A DNA stretch of 64,000 bases. Source: Bugula neritina. Lineage: Eukaryota; Animalia; Bryozoa. The position numbers and the translations under genes were made by a program. Position 1 is the first letter of the stretch; every line of letters starts with the position of its first letter. Positions 37,366-51,469 of the stretch are shown one piece after another. The stretch lies in NCBI GenBank assembly GCA_964035545.1, contig OZ037772.1:2108001-2172000 (forward strand), written 5' to 3'. The notes under the pieces are model-generated. The model was not told the origin of the DNA and did no database searches. It saw only the letters and a program-made list of their open reading frames with translations.

Positions 37366-40300
37366 AGGATATAAGGGTTTGTCTACTGTGAGCTAGCTAG
37401 CCAACTATACTATCTATTGTACAGAAAGAAACAATTTCTCTCTCGTATACAATGGCACATATTCAGATATATCTTTATTGTATACTGTGGTGTTACTAAC
37501 TGGTCAATAGTAATACAGTCTCTGCCCCCACTACTATAAACCACATGTAAAACTAGTAACATTTCTGTCAATATCTATTAATAACATTCTGAGAACAGCA
37601 TGTATATAAATGATAACTTTTTACCAGTAAATATTTCTACTGTAAGAACAGCTCACAGGAAAGCCAGGTTGTCGACTACTGACTCATAATTATCACTAGT
37701 TGACTACTAGTAACCATGGTAACAACTAACATCCTATTACTATCAAATGTTACTTGCTATCACCTGAATAAGTATCAGAATAAAGGTATAATGTATGAAT
37801 AATGTTGGCAGACAGCAGCCTACCAGTATGTCACTCTTAGTAACTGAGTCAATATACTGAGAAGTTACAGGGAGATGATACAATCGTTATATTTACTCTG
37901 CTGTACTAGACAAGGAACAAGAAAACTTGTGTTCTAATGTGCACCAAAATCTCTACTTAGCTACAAACATAGCTGATACTCTCCCCTGTTTATATAATGA
38001 AGTTGTAATCTAAAGAATACAAACACACTTTTCCTTAGTGGATGTCAGGACTGGACTACTCAAAGCTCTCACCAGTTTTAACTTCTCAGGAGCATTGAGG
38101 AACACGGTCTACAAAATACACCCACACATATCTAGAACTACCCTCTATATTCACTAAACAGAGTTCCTCAGTCTATTCAGCATGATAGGACAAACCCAGC
38201 AGGAAATAAACCCAAGGCTAATACAGTTATCTGACTTTGAATCACACATTTTATGTTTCAACATTGCAGAACACATTTAATCAGCACACACTAGGCTAAC
38301 TACAATCAGCTAGTCTCATGGTTCTCTCTCATACTACAGAGAGCTAAGTCTTTCTAACTGGTGGCCAGCTATAAAGTTTTGAGTATTTATATAGTGTGCC
38401 CATGAATTGTTAACAGGGTGGACTCAACTTCTTTAACCCCTTCGTCTCGAACTCTCTGTATAATACTTATATTATGGGGCGCAGTAGCTATGTATTTTTG
38501 TAAATTGAAAAAAGTATTTAAATATACTCCAGTTGCAGTTTTATAATAGATTTGGAGACAACTAGCTAATGTTTAAATGAAAACATTTAATGGCCTACAC
38601 CAAGCTTGAAAATAATTAGATATAAGCCCACCCCTTGTGCTAGTCACATATTCATATTCATAGCTTAAGTGAGCTGAAGCACACATCACAGTGGCTGATC
38701 ATCACCACACACATTCTCACACTGTTCTCATAAACTGCAGTCGTGAATGGTACTTGATCTCTTACTGAAAGTGTTGCTCATAACTGTTCATATTGACACT
38801 GACATTATGAAGTTAGTAGTGATATTTCATTTTCAATAGTAGGGCTTTTAGATGGTATTGATTCGTCCACAATGAGAAATACTTGCAAATGTTGATAAAT
38901 TATTTTATGATTGAATTGGTGAGTTATAATGTGTATCATTCAAATGAGAATACTGAACATGATCTGGTCACCTTGATTACCTCATATTGATTTATCATAA
39001 TTGTCAGTATAATTGTGCCATAGAGAATTCTATTAAGTTTGAAAATTGACATTCAGTTTCACATTGCTCATTCAGTGATCCATGCTTAGTGTCACATTGG
39101 CCTTCAGGCTTAAAGCAACGAAATCTAACAGTAACACTATCTATAAGTATATTTATATTATTATCAAGTATTAGCATTATGACATAAAATTAAACTTAAA
39201 GCCTGTCAGTTATAGTGTCTATGAAATTAAATTCCAAAAATAAAAAAAAAACAAAAATAACAACTTTTATTCACGCTTCAACTTTCAAAACGAAGACTAA
39301 GTTCAACCCAACGAGGTAAGAGATGATCATTTAATCAGTTAATCACAATGCCTAGTATGTTATCACATTCACGCAAGCTTTCACTGTGAATCACAATGAT
39401 TATGAGTATGATTTAATGAGTATGGCAATCCCAACGACAATAAGTATAACTGTGAGTGACTGACTGAGTGTGACTGATAAGAGCCAGGCCAATGCCAGGG
39501 GCAATCGCAATCACAATCGGTATGACTGAATCACTATCAGTATAAGTATTAAAATCACAAAGTCAAATGACAATGCCATTATAGCACTATCAATATCATA
39601 TTGATATTGAATTGAATTTTCATTTTGATTGCGATTATCAAATAGCACCCTCTTAGTTCTTACTATTACTATTAGTATTACTTACAACTTGCTTATGCAA
39701 GAGAATTAAATCTTTAAAGCGTAGCATCCTTTTCAAGCAAAATAAGGATAATAAGTTTCGTCAAATTGAGTTAAAAACTACAACTTATAAGTCACAAGTA
39801 TAAAGCAACTCATCACTAATCCTAGTGGGTACGGCAAGCATTATTTATTTTACAATGCGACAAGATTATCTAGACGGTGCGCTTACGCCTCTCATTGTAC
39901 TTAAGCAATATCCAATTGTATGGTTTTTATGACTTTAAAATCCGTTTTTGAGAAGCAAGGCTAGATAGAAATTAATGATCGATATTGACTCGCTAAGAGT
40001 ACTCATGTAAACCCGCAAACTACAACTTTTAACTTGATCGCAAAGCTGGAAGTACGATAAGCGTCGCCGTATTGATTTCAGGCGAATTTTAGCTTATTTC
40101 TTTCAAACTGCTGAGAAGTAATATTTGCTTCCATTTTATGTCTGTATCAGACATCAGGGCTATCGCGATACAATTATAAATGTTCTTAATTCTATCAATA
40201 TTATGAAATAATTAATGTAGGAAATTCAATTTTGACTATATAGAATAATCTCAATCTGAATAAGTAGTATTTATTTATTGTAACACTTGCACTTCGTCTT

Positions 40301-41274
40301 ACTCTTAGTCAGATAACATAGTACATACTCATACTCAATCCCATACTCAATCTCATACTGAGTCCGATACTCATAGTCATAGTGATAGTCTTTGCCATTT
40401 ATTGCTAGATAATTTAAGCTAGTACTAGTACTACTACTAGTAGTACTACTACTAGTACTAGTACTAATAATCACAGTAGTAATAGTAATAGTATTAGAGT
40501 AATACTTATACTAATACTAATACTAATAGTAATACTACCACTAGTAGTAGCAGTAGTGCTAGTAGTAGTAGGCTACATGATGATGATCATTATGATTATG
40601 ATTATGAAGATGGTTATTACTATAACTATTACGGTATGAGTATAACTATAACTGTATTAGTATTTGATTTTATTTTGCATTGCTAATTGAAGACCATGCG
40701 TTAAAATTAACTGTTTCTCTCTTTTCTAAGGTACATTTCAAGTTGCACACTAATAGACATATATGCTTTCAATTTTTTTGGTCTATCTTTAAGTTGTGAA
40801 ACTTGACCAGTATGACTACGACTAACTGTAACTAGAATAAAAAATTGGATGATAGAGAAGTTCCATACAGTTACACCTCCTTTGACTTGTGCTACCGTCG
40901 GTAGTGCTAAAAGAGTGGAGCCAAAGAAAAGCAAAATCACAGAATTCACAGCCTGCTGGTTTGAGATTTTTGTGGTCTAGAGATTGTACTGGGTTACAGA
41001 GATCTTTTTCCCGTCTGTGAATTTCTGATCCCTGCGGTTGTTTCTGACTGTGGGTAGTTGGAGGTGTTGAGGGAGTGGGCTCACTGGGTAGGTTATATTA
41101 TTGTAATCATATTAACCAACTTGACAGTTTACTAATTCATTGTCTAACTCTGTCTGTCTTGGTCTAGTAACACTATTTATTTATTTATTTACTTATTAAT
41201 TTATTTATTTGTCTAAATCTTGTCTGTCTTTGTATAGTAACACTATTTATTTATTTACTTATTAATTTAATTAA

Positions 41275-42135
41275 ATTACTGGTTTATATTACCAAGTTAT
41301 ATTACTAGTTTATATTACCAAGTTATATTACTAGTTTATGTTACCAAGTTATATTACTAGTTATTGTTACCAAGTTATATTACTAGTTAATGTTACCAAG
41401 TTATATTACCAGTTTATGTTACCAAGTTATATTACTAGTTTATGTTACCAAGTTATATCACTAGTTTATGTTACCAAGTTATATTACTAGTTTATATTAC
41501 CAAGTTATATTACTAGTTTATGTTACCAAATTAAATTACTAGTTTATTTTACCAAGTTATATTACCAAGTTATATTACCAATTTAGATTACCAAGTTATA
41601 TTACTAGTTTATGTTACCAAGTTATATTACCAGTTTATGTTACCAAGTTATATTACTAGTTAATGTTACCAAGTTATATTACTAGTTTATGTTACCAAGT
41701 TATATTACTGGTTCATATTACCAAGTTATATTACCAGTTTATGTTACCAAGTTATATTACTAGTTTATATTACCAAGTTATATTACCAGTTTATGTTACC
41801 AAGTTATATTACCGGTTTATGTTAACAAGTTATATTACCAGTTTATGTTACCAAGTTATATTACTAGTTTATATTACCAAGTTATATTACTAGTTCATGT
41901 TACCAAGTTATATTACTAGTTAATTTTTACCAAGTTATATTACTAGTTTATGTTACCAAGTTATATTACTAGTTTATATTACCAAGTTATATTACTAGTT
42001 CATGTTACCAAGTTATATTACTAGTTTATATCACCAAGTTATATTACAAGTTTATATTACCAAGTTATATTACTAGTTTATGTTACCAAGTTATATTACT
42101 AGTTTATATCACCAAGCTATATTACTAGTTTATAC
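41275..42135. repeat. 26-bp minisatellite (ttaccaagttatattactagtttatg), about 33 copies
   Basis: Direct periodicity. Confidence 0.95.
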
Positions 42136-42717
42136 TGCTAGTATTCAACAACTATTCTCCAGCACATCTCAACTCTGACGCAACTACACTGACTAATCAT
42201 CCGTATAGTTTATAGTTTATGTTGAACTCTTCAGACCCTGAGAACTGTGCGTGTGGCTTCACCTGCGAGTGTGGTGCCTGTGTTGGGGTATGTGACCTTG
42301 ACAGAGACTGTGGGAAGCTACAGATCTGTTTGGAGAAACGATGTTATCAGCAGGCCTCACCAGATGACAGAACAGTTATGACTACCTACTATAATTTATA
42401 CTGCGAGTCCAAGTAGCTGCTGTAACTTATGCTGTGAGTCATGACTAACTGATATCACTTATACTGTGAGTCAATTATCAAAAATAGAGATATGTTGTGT
42501 ATGTGAGATATGTGAGGTTATTTAGTGACTAGTTTGCTATTTATAGAGTTTTGTTTCTATTAATAGACTGTACTGAAGATGAACAATGTGGATCTGAGTT
42601 TATTGAATGTATATCCAACATATGCTATCAGCTTTATCCTCTCAACAATCCAGATCTTTCTGATGCTGAGCAGGACAGACTTTTTGATGATCCGCTGGAT
42701 CTACAGAATGATGGTAA

Positions 42718-43435
42718 GTTACTCTGTTAGTATAGTTACTCTGTTAGTATAGTTACTCTGCTAGTACAGTTACTCTGCTAGTACAGTTACTCTGTTAGTA
42801 CAGTTACTCTGTTAGTATAGTTACTCTGTTAGTATAATTACTCTGTTGGTACAGTTACTCTGTTAGTATAGTTACTCTGTTAGTACAGTTACTCTGTTAG
42901 TATAGTTACTCTGTTAGTATAATTACTCTGTTGGTACAGTTACTCTGTTAGTATAGTTACTCTGTTAGTACAGTTACTCTGTTAGTATAGTTACTCTGTT
43001 AGTACAGTTACTCTGTTAGTATAGTTACTCTGTTAGTACAGTTACTCTGTTAGTATAGTTACTCTGTTAGTATAATTACTCTGTTGGTACAGTTACTCTG
43101 TTAGTATAGTTACTCTGTTAGTACAGTTACTCTGTTGGTACAGTTACTCTGTTAGTATAGTTACTCTGTTAGTACAGTTACTCTGTTAGTATAGTTACTC
43201 TGTTAGTACAGTTACTCTGTTAGTATAGTTACTCTGTTAGTATAGTTACTCTGTTAGTATAGTTACTCTGTTAGTATAGTTACTCTGTTAGTATAGTTAC
43301 TCTGTTAGTATAGTTACTCTGTTAGTACAGTTACTCTGTTAGTACAATTACTCTGCTAGTACAGTTACTCTGTTAGTACAGTTACTCTGTTAGTATAGTT
43401 ACTCTGTTAGTATAATTACTCTGTTAGTATAGTTA
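42718..43435. repeat. 17-bp minisatellite (gttactctgttagtaYa), about 42 copies
   Basis: Direct periodicity starting within the GTAAGT donor at 42714. Confidence 0.96.
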
Positions 43436-43559
43436 CAGTAAAAGTTTGCCAGTCATAATAACTTTCACTGTTAGTTGCTCGACAAGTTATTCTACATCTC
43501 TTGTAGCCACAACCAAAGTGGTGTCTATATATTCTGCTAGTGACTTGAGTAATGACTCA

Positions 43560-43992
43560 TATGTAATTGTAATTGATTTTTGCAATTACTTTACAATTAC
43601 ATCTCAATTACTTTAAACTTTTAAATCTTAAAATTTTAAGAAATTTATTCTTTTTTAGCATGACTACTGTTAAATAACAAGTACAGATTAAGTCAATGTA
43701 GTATAGTATCACTTTTGCGAACAAAGCACGTTCACCCCTGTCAAAATTGCCCCTGCTAGGTGGACCCTAGAGGTGAAATTGCATAACTTCCATTTGTCCT
43801 TTGTGAGAACAAAAGTAATTGTAATTGTAATTATTTGCATTGCCATGTAATTGTAATTAATTGCTTTACAATGTAATTTTGTACTGTAATTAATTACATT
43901 TATTTCAACTGTAATTATAATTGTAATTGTAATTGACAAATTCTCATGTAATTGTAATTAATTACATTCACATGTAATTGACCCCAACCCTG
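43560..43992. mobile_element. MITE-like remnant rich in taattg/caatta repeats
   Basis: Right end taattgaccccaaccctg is TIR-like; left TIR not found. Confidence 0.4.
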
Positions 43993-44603
43993 GTTTATTA
44001 TGGAGCTCATACTTTTATTGTTCAAGGTCTAGATGTATTCTCCACCATGTTTTTACTAGAAGTGAACTTTATTTTGGTAATAAGTTTAAAATAAAATGTT
44101 GTTTGGCATTGTACAGTTTACTATTGCCTGAATATTGTATTGAGAATATTGGCTTAACAATTCCAGTGCAGCGATGTGATTGGCTTGACAGTATTAGAGT
44201 AGTGATGTGATTGGCTACTCTGTTCTGTTCTGCAGGGCCATGCCTACTTGTATTATGTGTTAATCTTGTTTTGCAGTGAACAGAAAGGGAGAATGGGTCC
44301 CAAAAGACACCCGGGATCTTACAGAACTGATGGAGAGGGAGGGTTCACCCGATGTTGATGGCCTGTCTGGTATATCCGGCAATCCTGGAGATGCAGGAGA
44401 AAGGAGACCACCTTGTTTTTCAGGAGATACCGGACTTTTTGGAGAACCAGGTAATGTTTATGCTCAATTGAGTTTAATCTGTCAAGTTATGTTGGGATCT
44501 TTTTCGTTTTCGTTATTTTATGTTTGTTATGTGGAAAAGGGGAAAACTCTGTCTCGGAGCATTTTTGTTTTTTCAGAGAGCTTTGGATTATTTGATTATG
44601 GTC

Positions 44604-44785
44604 TACACAGGGGTGTAGACAAACTAAACTACACAGGGGTGTAGACAGACTAAGCTTGACAGGGGCGTAGACAGACTAAACAACACAGGGGTGCAGACAG
44701 ACTAAACAACACAGGGGTGCAGACAGACTAAACTACACAGGGCTGTAGACAGACTAAACTACACAGTGGTGCAGACAGACTAAAC
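44604..44785. repeat. 26-bp tandem repeat, about 7 copies
   Basis: Unit ctacacaggggtgtagacagactaaa. Confidence 0.85.
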
Positions 44786-45094
44786 TTACTACGAACTTAT
44801 AACTACCCTGCGTCATGCCGTCTCCATTCTCTCTTGTAATTTGACCTTTATTTAGGGAGCAGATTTCTAGTAGGCTATTCTATAGTGACCAGTCACACTG
44901 TTTATTATAGCAACATAGAAATCAAGTTGAAAACTAGTTGCACCTGTTGTGATGATATCAATGGGTGCTTACCGGTAGAGACGGAGTACCTGGACCTGTT
45001 CAGATAGGTTATCAGGGTAAACAAGGAGATCAAGGTCCTGCAGGTAAAAATGAGGAGTTACTCACCCTTGCTTGTGTATTTCTGTTCTTTTTAG

Positions 45095-45277
45095 GTATTC
45101 TATAATATGCTGGGGTTTCCCTCACAGCTATTATATATGCTGGAATTCCCCTCACACCTATGCTATATGCCGGGTTCCCTCACAGATATGCTATATGCTG
45201 GGGTTTCCCTCACAGATATTCTATATGCTGGGGTTTCCCTCACAGATATTCTATATGCTGGGGTTCTCCTCACAGCT
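45095..45277. repeat. 30-bp tandem repeat, about 6 copies
   Basis: Unit ctatatgctggggtttccctcacagatatt. Confidence 0.85.
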
Positions 45278-47532
45278 AGTCTGCACTAAGGCAGGGAGTA
45301 GGCTAAGTAATCATATTGAATCCCAGCAGTGCTTGTTACTTCAACTGGCAGGATTACTGTGTATGATAGTTACTCTGACTGGTTTTCATGGATCATTTTT
45401 ACCATATTGTTTGCCACATGATGCATTGTCTTAGTAAAAACAAGAAAACAAAGAAATATACCAGAAATGTTGAGAAATGTGGTGTTCCAGAATTAATAAA
45501 TGACCACTTGTAATGCATACTGGTGCTGCTTGGTTCATAGGACCTGTCGGACAAGCTGGAGAACCTGGTCTGGATGGCAGAAATGGAAAGACAGGAGAAA
45601 CTGCACGAACTGGTATGCCTGGTCCAACCGGCTCAAGGGGGGTCACTGGAGAACCCGGATCTGATGAAAGGTATTTTTTGTGCTTTACTCTACCCTATTC
45701 AGCTTCTTGGAACTTTTTATTTGATTTAGTTTTTATAATTTGTTATCAATTTTTTCAGAGACGGTTTACCTGGAGTACCGGGTGCTGATGGTAGACCTGG
45801 GGAGCAGGGTGATCAAGGACCTCCTGACCCCATGGGTCCAGTGGGAATCCCCGGTAACCAGGGACCTGAAGGTGCTCAAGGAGACAAGGGTGATAAGGTA
45901 AGAACATTCTTTATTCAGTTTTCTATTTATTTCAGTTCTCTGGTTTTCCACTAGTCAATCCTGTAGTTGTTTATTTGTTTTAGTTTATTTATGTTAATAC
46001 TAGAGTTGCTTCAGTGACACCACATCATGTAATATATTACATAACAGTGCAGTATAATACACCATAATATAATATGTTATACAATACAATAATATTGCAG
46101 AAAATATAATTCACTAATATCTCACAGCTAAGGTGTGTCTCCTAAATATATTCGTTACTATAGGGGCCAGCTGGGCCACAGGGTGCTTCTGGACCAACTG
46201 GATTGTCTGGGCCTACGGGTCCACGTTGGCCAACTGGTCCTCAGGGACCCCACGGAGCTTCCGGGAATTCCCGGCGAACAAGGACCTAAAGGTATGAATT
46301 CAGTTGAACCAATCTTTGTCCTTAGTTATTGGCCATCAACAGAAGTATGGCTCTAAGAGTTGTCCTTCTTGGTAAGGAGATAAGGCAACTCCTAACTCAT
46401 GATAATATGAATATAATCTGCTGTTGTAGGACCCACTGGTTTCCAGGGACCTCAGGGATTCCCCGGAGCTCCCGGTATTTATGGTGCAAGGGGAGATGTC
46501 GGATCACTTGGTATTGCTGGACCACCCGGGCTACTGGGTGCTGACGGCAAACAAGGAATAACTGGTTCTCCTGGTGCTATGGGTCCACCTAGTTGTAATA
46601 AACCAATAGTCTGTATTTCTAGGGTGAACAAGGGAGAGATGGGGAAATGGGTAGTCCTGGCAGTCCTGGACCTCCTGGTAAAGCCCAGTATTTGGTTAGT
46701 TATTAGTAAAACTGAATCATTGTTCATTACTTGTATCTTTTTTTATTTTCTTTCAACTGTGTATTGATGATCTTTTGGGAATTTCATCCATAGCCTGTGA
46801 TTGAAGCTTTTATTTGATTCTACCATGGGTTATGTTAGGTGCGCCCCCTATGATGATGAGTGCAATGATGTCCAACGGTAAAGGTGTACAAGCAGATGAT
46901 GCAGGCGCCAACAATGAGCTCTATAATATGTACCTCAGTGAGTAATGGCCATGATGTGCTTTGATGTTGCCTGCTTTGTAGCGGAAAGGCTCTTTTAAAT
47001 GCTGTTTTGGAACTCAAATGATGGACCTGTTTCAAATTGTTTGTATGTTTAATTTGCAGACAAACAATTTTATAATTAACTGCTAGAAACTATTGTAATA
47101 AAAATATAGACAGCTGTTGTGATGTGTTTCTCCTCCTAGCATTGATGATTGACATTCTTGTTTGATGAGTCACCTATTTAGTTCATTTCTCCAGTTAAAT
47201 GTTGCTAGAATATTCAAAAGTTTTATGTTGAGAATTGTCGCTATAGTAACGTGTTGTTTCATGTATGGATGTTGCTAGTCACCAGATACTAGTCCTCTAC
47301 TATGTTGCTAGTCACTTGATAATCTGAACAATCTCTGGCTTCTTCTTAAGATTAGCAAGTTGTTGGTATGACTATTCCCTTTGCTGATTGTAGATGTATA
47401 AACTCAGTGGCGGTAGAAGACGCATGTGGTGGGAAGAATAAGTCAGTCATTTTATATACAGCTGGTGATAAAGAATACACAGTAACAGTCAGCAGGTTCC
47501 AATATTCAGTGCTGCAGGTTGATTGCAAGGTA

Positions 47533-47760
47533 TGTAAATCTAACCTGTATAGTGTAAATCTGACCTATATAGTGTAAATCTGACCTATATACTGTAAATC
47601 TGACCTATATAATGTAAATCTGACCTATATAGTGTAAATCTGACCTATACAGTGTAAATCTGACCTATATAGTGTAAATCTGACTTATATAATGTAAACC
47701 TGACCTATATAGTGTAAATCTGACCTATAAAGTGTAAATCTAACCTATATAGCGTAAATT
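47533..47760. repeat. 21-bp tandem repeat (tgtaaatctgacctatatag-like), about 11 copies; about 4-5 copies at 935-1030 and 11790-11885
   Basis: Direct periodicity beginning at the splice donor. Confidence 0.85.
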
Positions 47761-48786
47761 CTACCTACATATGAACATGATTGCGATAATTGCATCTTTT
47801 TGTATTGATATACAATATAGCTTGCCTTTGAGGCTTTTTAACAACTACTAATGAGTTCAACCCAAAAGCACTTTGATTTCTGTGCAAGTTTAGAGTTTTG
47901 AGTGTGCCCCCTGCCATTTTGTAGTATTCCAAATCATCAGAAGCTCAGACGGTGATTGAGATTGACACCAAGACCGTCACCCACTTGCCTATTATTGACA
48001 TAGCTCCTGGTGACATCGGGACCACCCACAAAGAGTTTGGGGTTCAGCTTGGAGAAGTCTGCTTTTCATAGACTCATATCTAACAACAGTGTTATTTGGC
48101 TGATTTTTTAAAACTGTCCCTGATTTGAGAATTAGTGGCCAATCAGAGAATGCAATCAATGTTGGTTGGCTGAGACCAGCAGTCTGATTCTTATATAACC
48201 TAATTTTTAACTGAAATATTTGATTACTCTAAATAAATTTATCCGAGACTTCCAAGGCAGTGATGGTGATTTTTGTACATATAAATTTGGAGGAGTTTAG
48301 CTATAGGGTTTATGCTGTTTTTTAATTATTCCACCATAACCTGAGATTGTGAGTAGTAATTCTAGAATGAGGTAGGGGGGGGGTGTAACGCCCCTCCCTA
48401 TGACTTTATATATTTAGAAACTGTTGTTAATTTAGTAATTCTGTTGGTGCTGCATTTTTAAATTCATTTAATCCAATCATTTCTCTGATATTGCAAAATA
48501 TATTTTACCATAAGGTGCTACGCAAGTTACTTCTCAGCTTGTAAATTTCATCATCAAAATTATTATAGTACTAAAGTTGGTCACAGATTTCTGATAAGCT
48601 GCAGTTTTCAGATCTGATTATTTATCCTATTTATCCTGAAATTAGACATTGTTAGTTTAAAATGGAATTTAACATATGTTTTAGTCACTTAGTTCCAACT
48701 GTGTTGACCATATCAATATTTTAAATTTTACTTTGGCTGCTATGAAGTATATAAGCAAATGGCATTAAGTTATTAATATATAATGA

Positions 48787-49118
48787 GGTTTGCAAAGACT
48801 TAATATACCAAGCAACTGTGACAAGACATGCCAATAACTCCAGCCAATCATACATAAGACTTTGTTCAACTACCTTCAAAGCCAGACTCAACAACCATAA
48901 AGCCTCTTTCCTACATGCAGATAAAGCCAACAACACACAACTCAGCAGACACATCCGGGATTTAAAACAAAAACAACACGAAATTCAGCCTAAAATGGAT
49001 CATTTTAAAAATTTGTAAATCATACTCAAACCTAATCAACAGATGTAACTTATGTAGCTATGAGAAATATGTAATTTTGAAACAACTGGAGTTATCCACT
49101 CTCAACAAACGCAAAGAG
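48787..49118 (+). mobile_element. Penelope-like GIY-YIG remnant, duplicate
   Basis: YQATVTRH...SYIRLCSTTFKARLNNHKASFLHADKANNTQLSRHIRDLK...RCNLCSYEKYVI...LNKR.E. Confidence 0.75.
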
Positions 49119-49287
49119 CGAAGTGTGAGAATTCCACGCTAGTGACCTGCCACACACAGTGCGTGTGTTGCGAGTGCAAAATATTATTAGCAAATGATGC
49201 TAGCGTTAAACTTTACTGCTCGCCTACAAACGTTTGGATATTATAAAAGCGGAAATGCAAAATATATAAAACTGTTTTAATTCAGCT

Positions 49288-51278
49288 CAGTATATTTTGT
49301 TATACAGTATACTACGTTATACAGTATACTATGTTATACAGTATACTATGTTATACAGTATATTATGTTATACAGTATATTATGTTATACAGTATACTAT
49401 GCTATACAGTATATTATGTTATACAGTATACTATGTTATACAGTATATTATGTTATACTGTATATTATGCTATACAGTATATTATGTTATACAGTATAAT
49501 ATGTTATACAGTATATTATGTTATACAGTATATTATGCTATACAATATATTATGTTATACAGTATGTTATGTTATACAGTATGTTATGTTATACAGTATA
49601 TTATATTATACAGTATACTATGTTATACAGTATAATAAGTTTTACAGTATACTATGTTATACAGTATACTATGTTATACAGTATACTATGTTATACAGTA
49701 AATTATGTTATACAGTATATTATGTTATACAGTATACTATGTTATACAGTATATTATGTTATACAGTATATTATGTTATACAGTATATTATGTTATACAG
49801 TATACTACATTATACAGTATATTATGTTATACAGTATATTATGTTATACAGTACATTATGTTATACAGTATACTATGTTATACAGTATACTATGTTATAC
49901 AGTATATTATGTTATACAGTATATTATGTTATACAGTATACTACATTATACAGTATATTATGTTATACAGTATATTATGTTATACAGTACATTATGTTAT
50001 ACAGTATATTATGTTATACAGTATATTATGTTATACAGTATAATATGTTATACAGTATACTATGTTATACAGCATATTATGTTATACTGTATATTATGCT
50101 ATACAGTATATTATGTTATACAGTATAATATGTTATACAGTATATTATGTTATACAGTATACTATGTTATACAGTATACTATGTTATACAGTATATTATG
50201 TTATACAGTATATTATGCTATACAGTATATTATGTTATACAGTATATTATGTTATACAGTATACTATGTTATACAGTATATTATGTTATACAGTATATTA
50301 TGTTATACAGTATATTATGTTATACAGTATACTATGTTATACAGTATACTATGTTATACAGTATATTATGTTATACAGTATACTATGTTATACAGTATAC
50401 TATGTTATACAGTATATTATGTTATACAGTATATTATGTTATACAGTATATTATGTTATACAGTATACTATGTTATACAGTATACTATGTTATACAGTAT
50501 ATTATGTTATACAGTATATTATGTTATACAGTATATTATGTTATACAGTACATTATGTTATACAGTATATTATGTTATACAGTATATTATGTCATACAGT
50601 ATACTATGTTATACAGTATACTATGTTATACAGTATATTAAGTTATACAGTATAATATGTTATACAGTATACTATGCTATACAGTACATTATGTTATACA
50701 GTATATTATGTTATACAGTATATTATGTCATACAGTATACTATGTTATACAGTATACTATGTTATACAGTATATCAAGTTATACAGTAAGTTATGTTATA
50801 CAGTATATTATGTTATACAGTATACTATGTTATACAGTATACTATGTTATACAGTAAGTTATGTTATACAGTATATTATGTTATACAGTATATTATGTTA
50901 TACAGTATGTTATGTTATACAGTATATTATGTTATACAGTAAATTATGTTATACAGTATATTATGTTATACAGTATGCTATGTTATACAGTATATTATGT
51001 TATACAGTATACTATGTTATACAGTAAGTTATGTTATACAGTATCTTATGTTATACAGTATATTATGTTATACAGTATTCTATGTTATACAGTATATTGT
51101 GTTATACAGTATACTATGTTATACAGTAAGTTATGTTATACAGTATCTTATGTTATACAGTATATTATGTTATACAGTATATTATGTTATGCAGTATACT
51201 ATGTTATACAGTATACTATGTTATACAGTATACTATGTTATACAGTATACTATGTTATACAGTATATTATGTTATATT
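49288..51278. repeat. 17-bp minisatellite (cagtatattatgttata), about 117 copies
   Basis: Paralogue of 13338-14714 with the same flanks. Confidence 0.97.
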
Positions 51279-51469
51279 ATTCAACATACAAATGAGATGC
51301 TCTTGTCAGTCTATAATGATGAATATTATACACTGGAACTGGGTTACTCTCTCACCTCCCCTCACCTTAGCTCAGCTAGACCAGATCTTCCCAATAGTGA
51401 TGAATTTGGGCTTTTTTAGGGAAGATTTCTATTTCTAAAAATTTCACAGTTTGTTACCAGCTCTTTGAG

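Larger units (their letters stand above)
42216..48071 (+). pseudogene. Fibrillar collagen alpha chain pseudogene: Cys-rich N-terminal exons (42216-~42412, 42567-42713), Gly-X-Y exons (44277-44450, 44979-45043, 45541-45670, 45759-45897, 46164-46291, 46430-~46590, 46623-46677), telopeptide exon 46839-46937, COLFI exons 47394-47529 and 47925-48071
   Basis: Gly-X-Y runs ([21 protein letters not shown]; GPAGPQGASGPT), telopeptide NGKGVQADD, COLFI end ...DIGTTHKEFGVQLGEVCFS*. Gly replaced by R/D/C/W/A at several triplets, frameshifts near 44340 and 46255, large internal deletions. Confidence 0.88.

Noticed and set aside
38029-38108. Upstream exon of the C6orf136-like gene
   Set aside because: Open and AG-bounded, but candidate donors are not phase-compatible with the 36150 exon.
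38453-38470. piggyBac-like TTAACCC end
   Set aside because: No matching opposite end found.
40790-41090. Exon with VPYSYTSFDLC reminiscent of TM9SF proteins
   Set aside because: Motif too short, surrounded by stops, no supporting exons.
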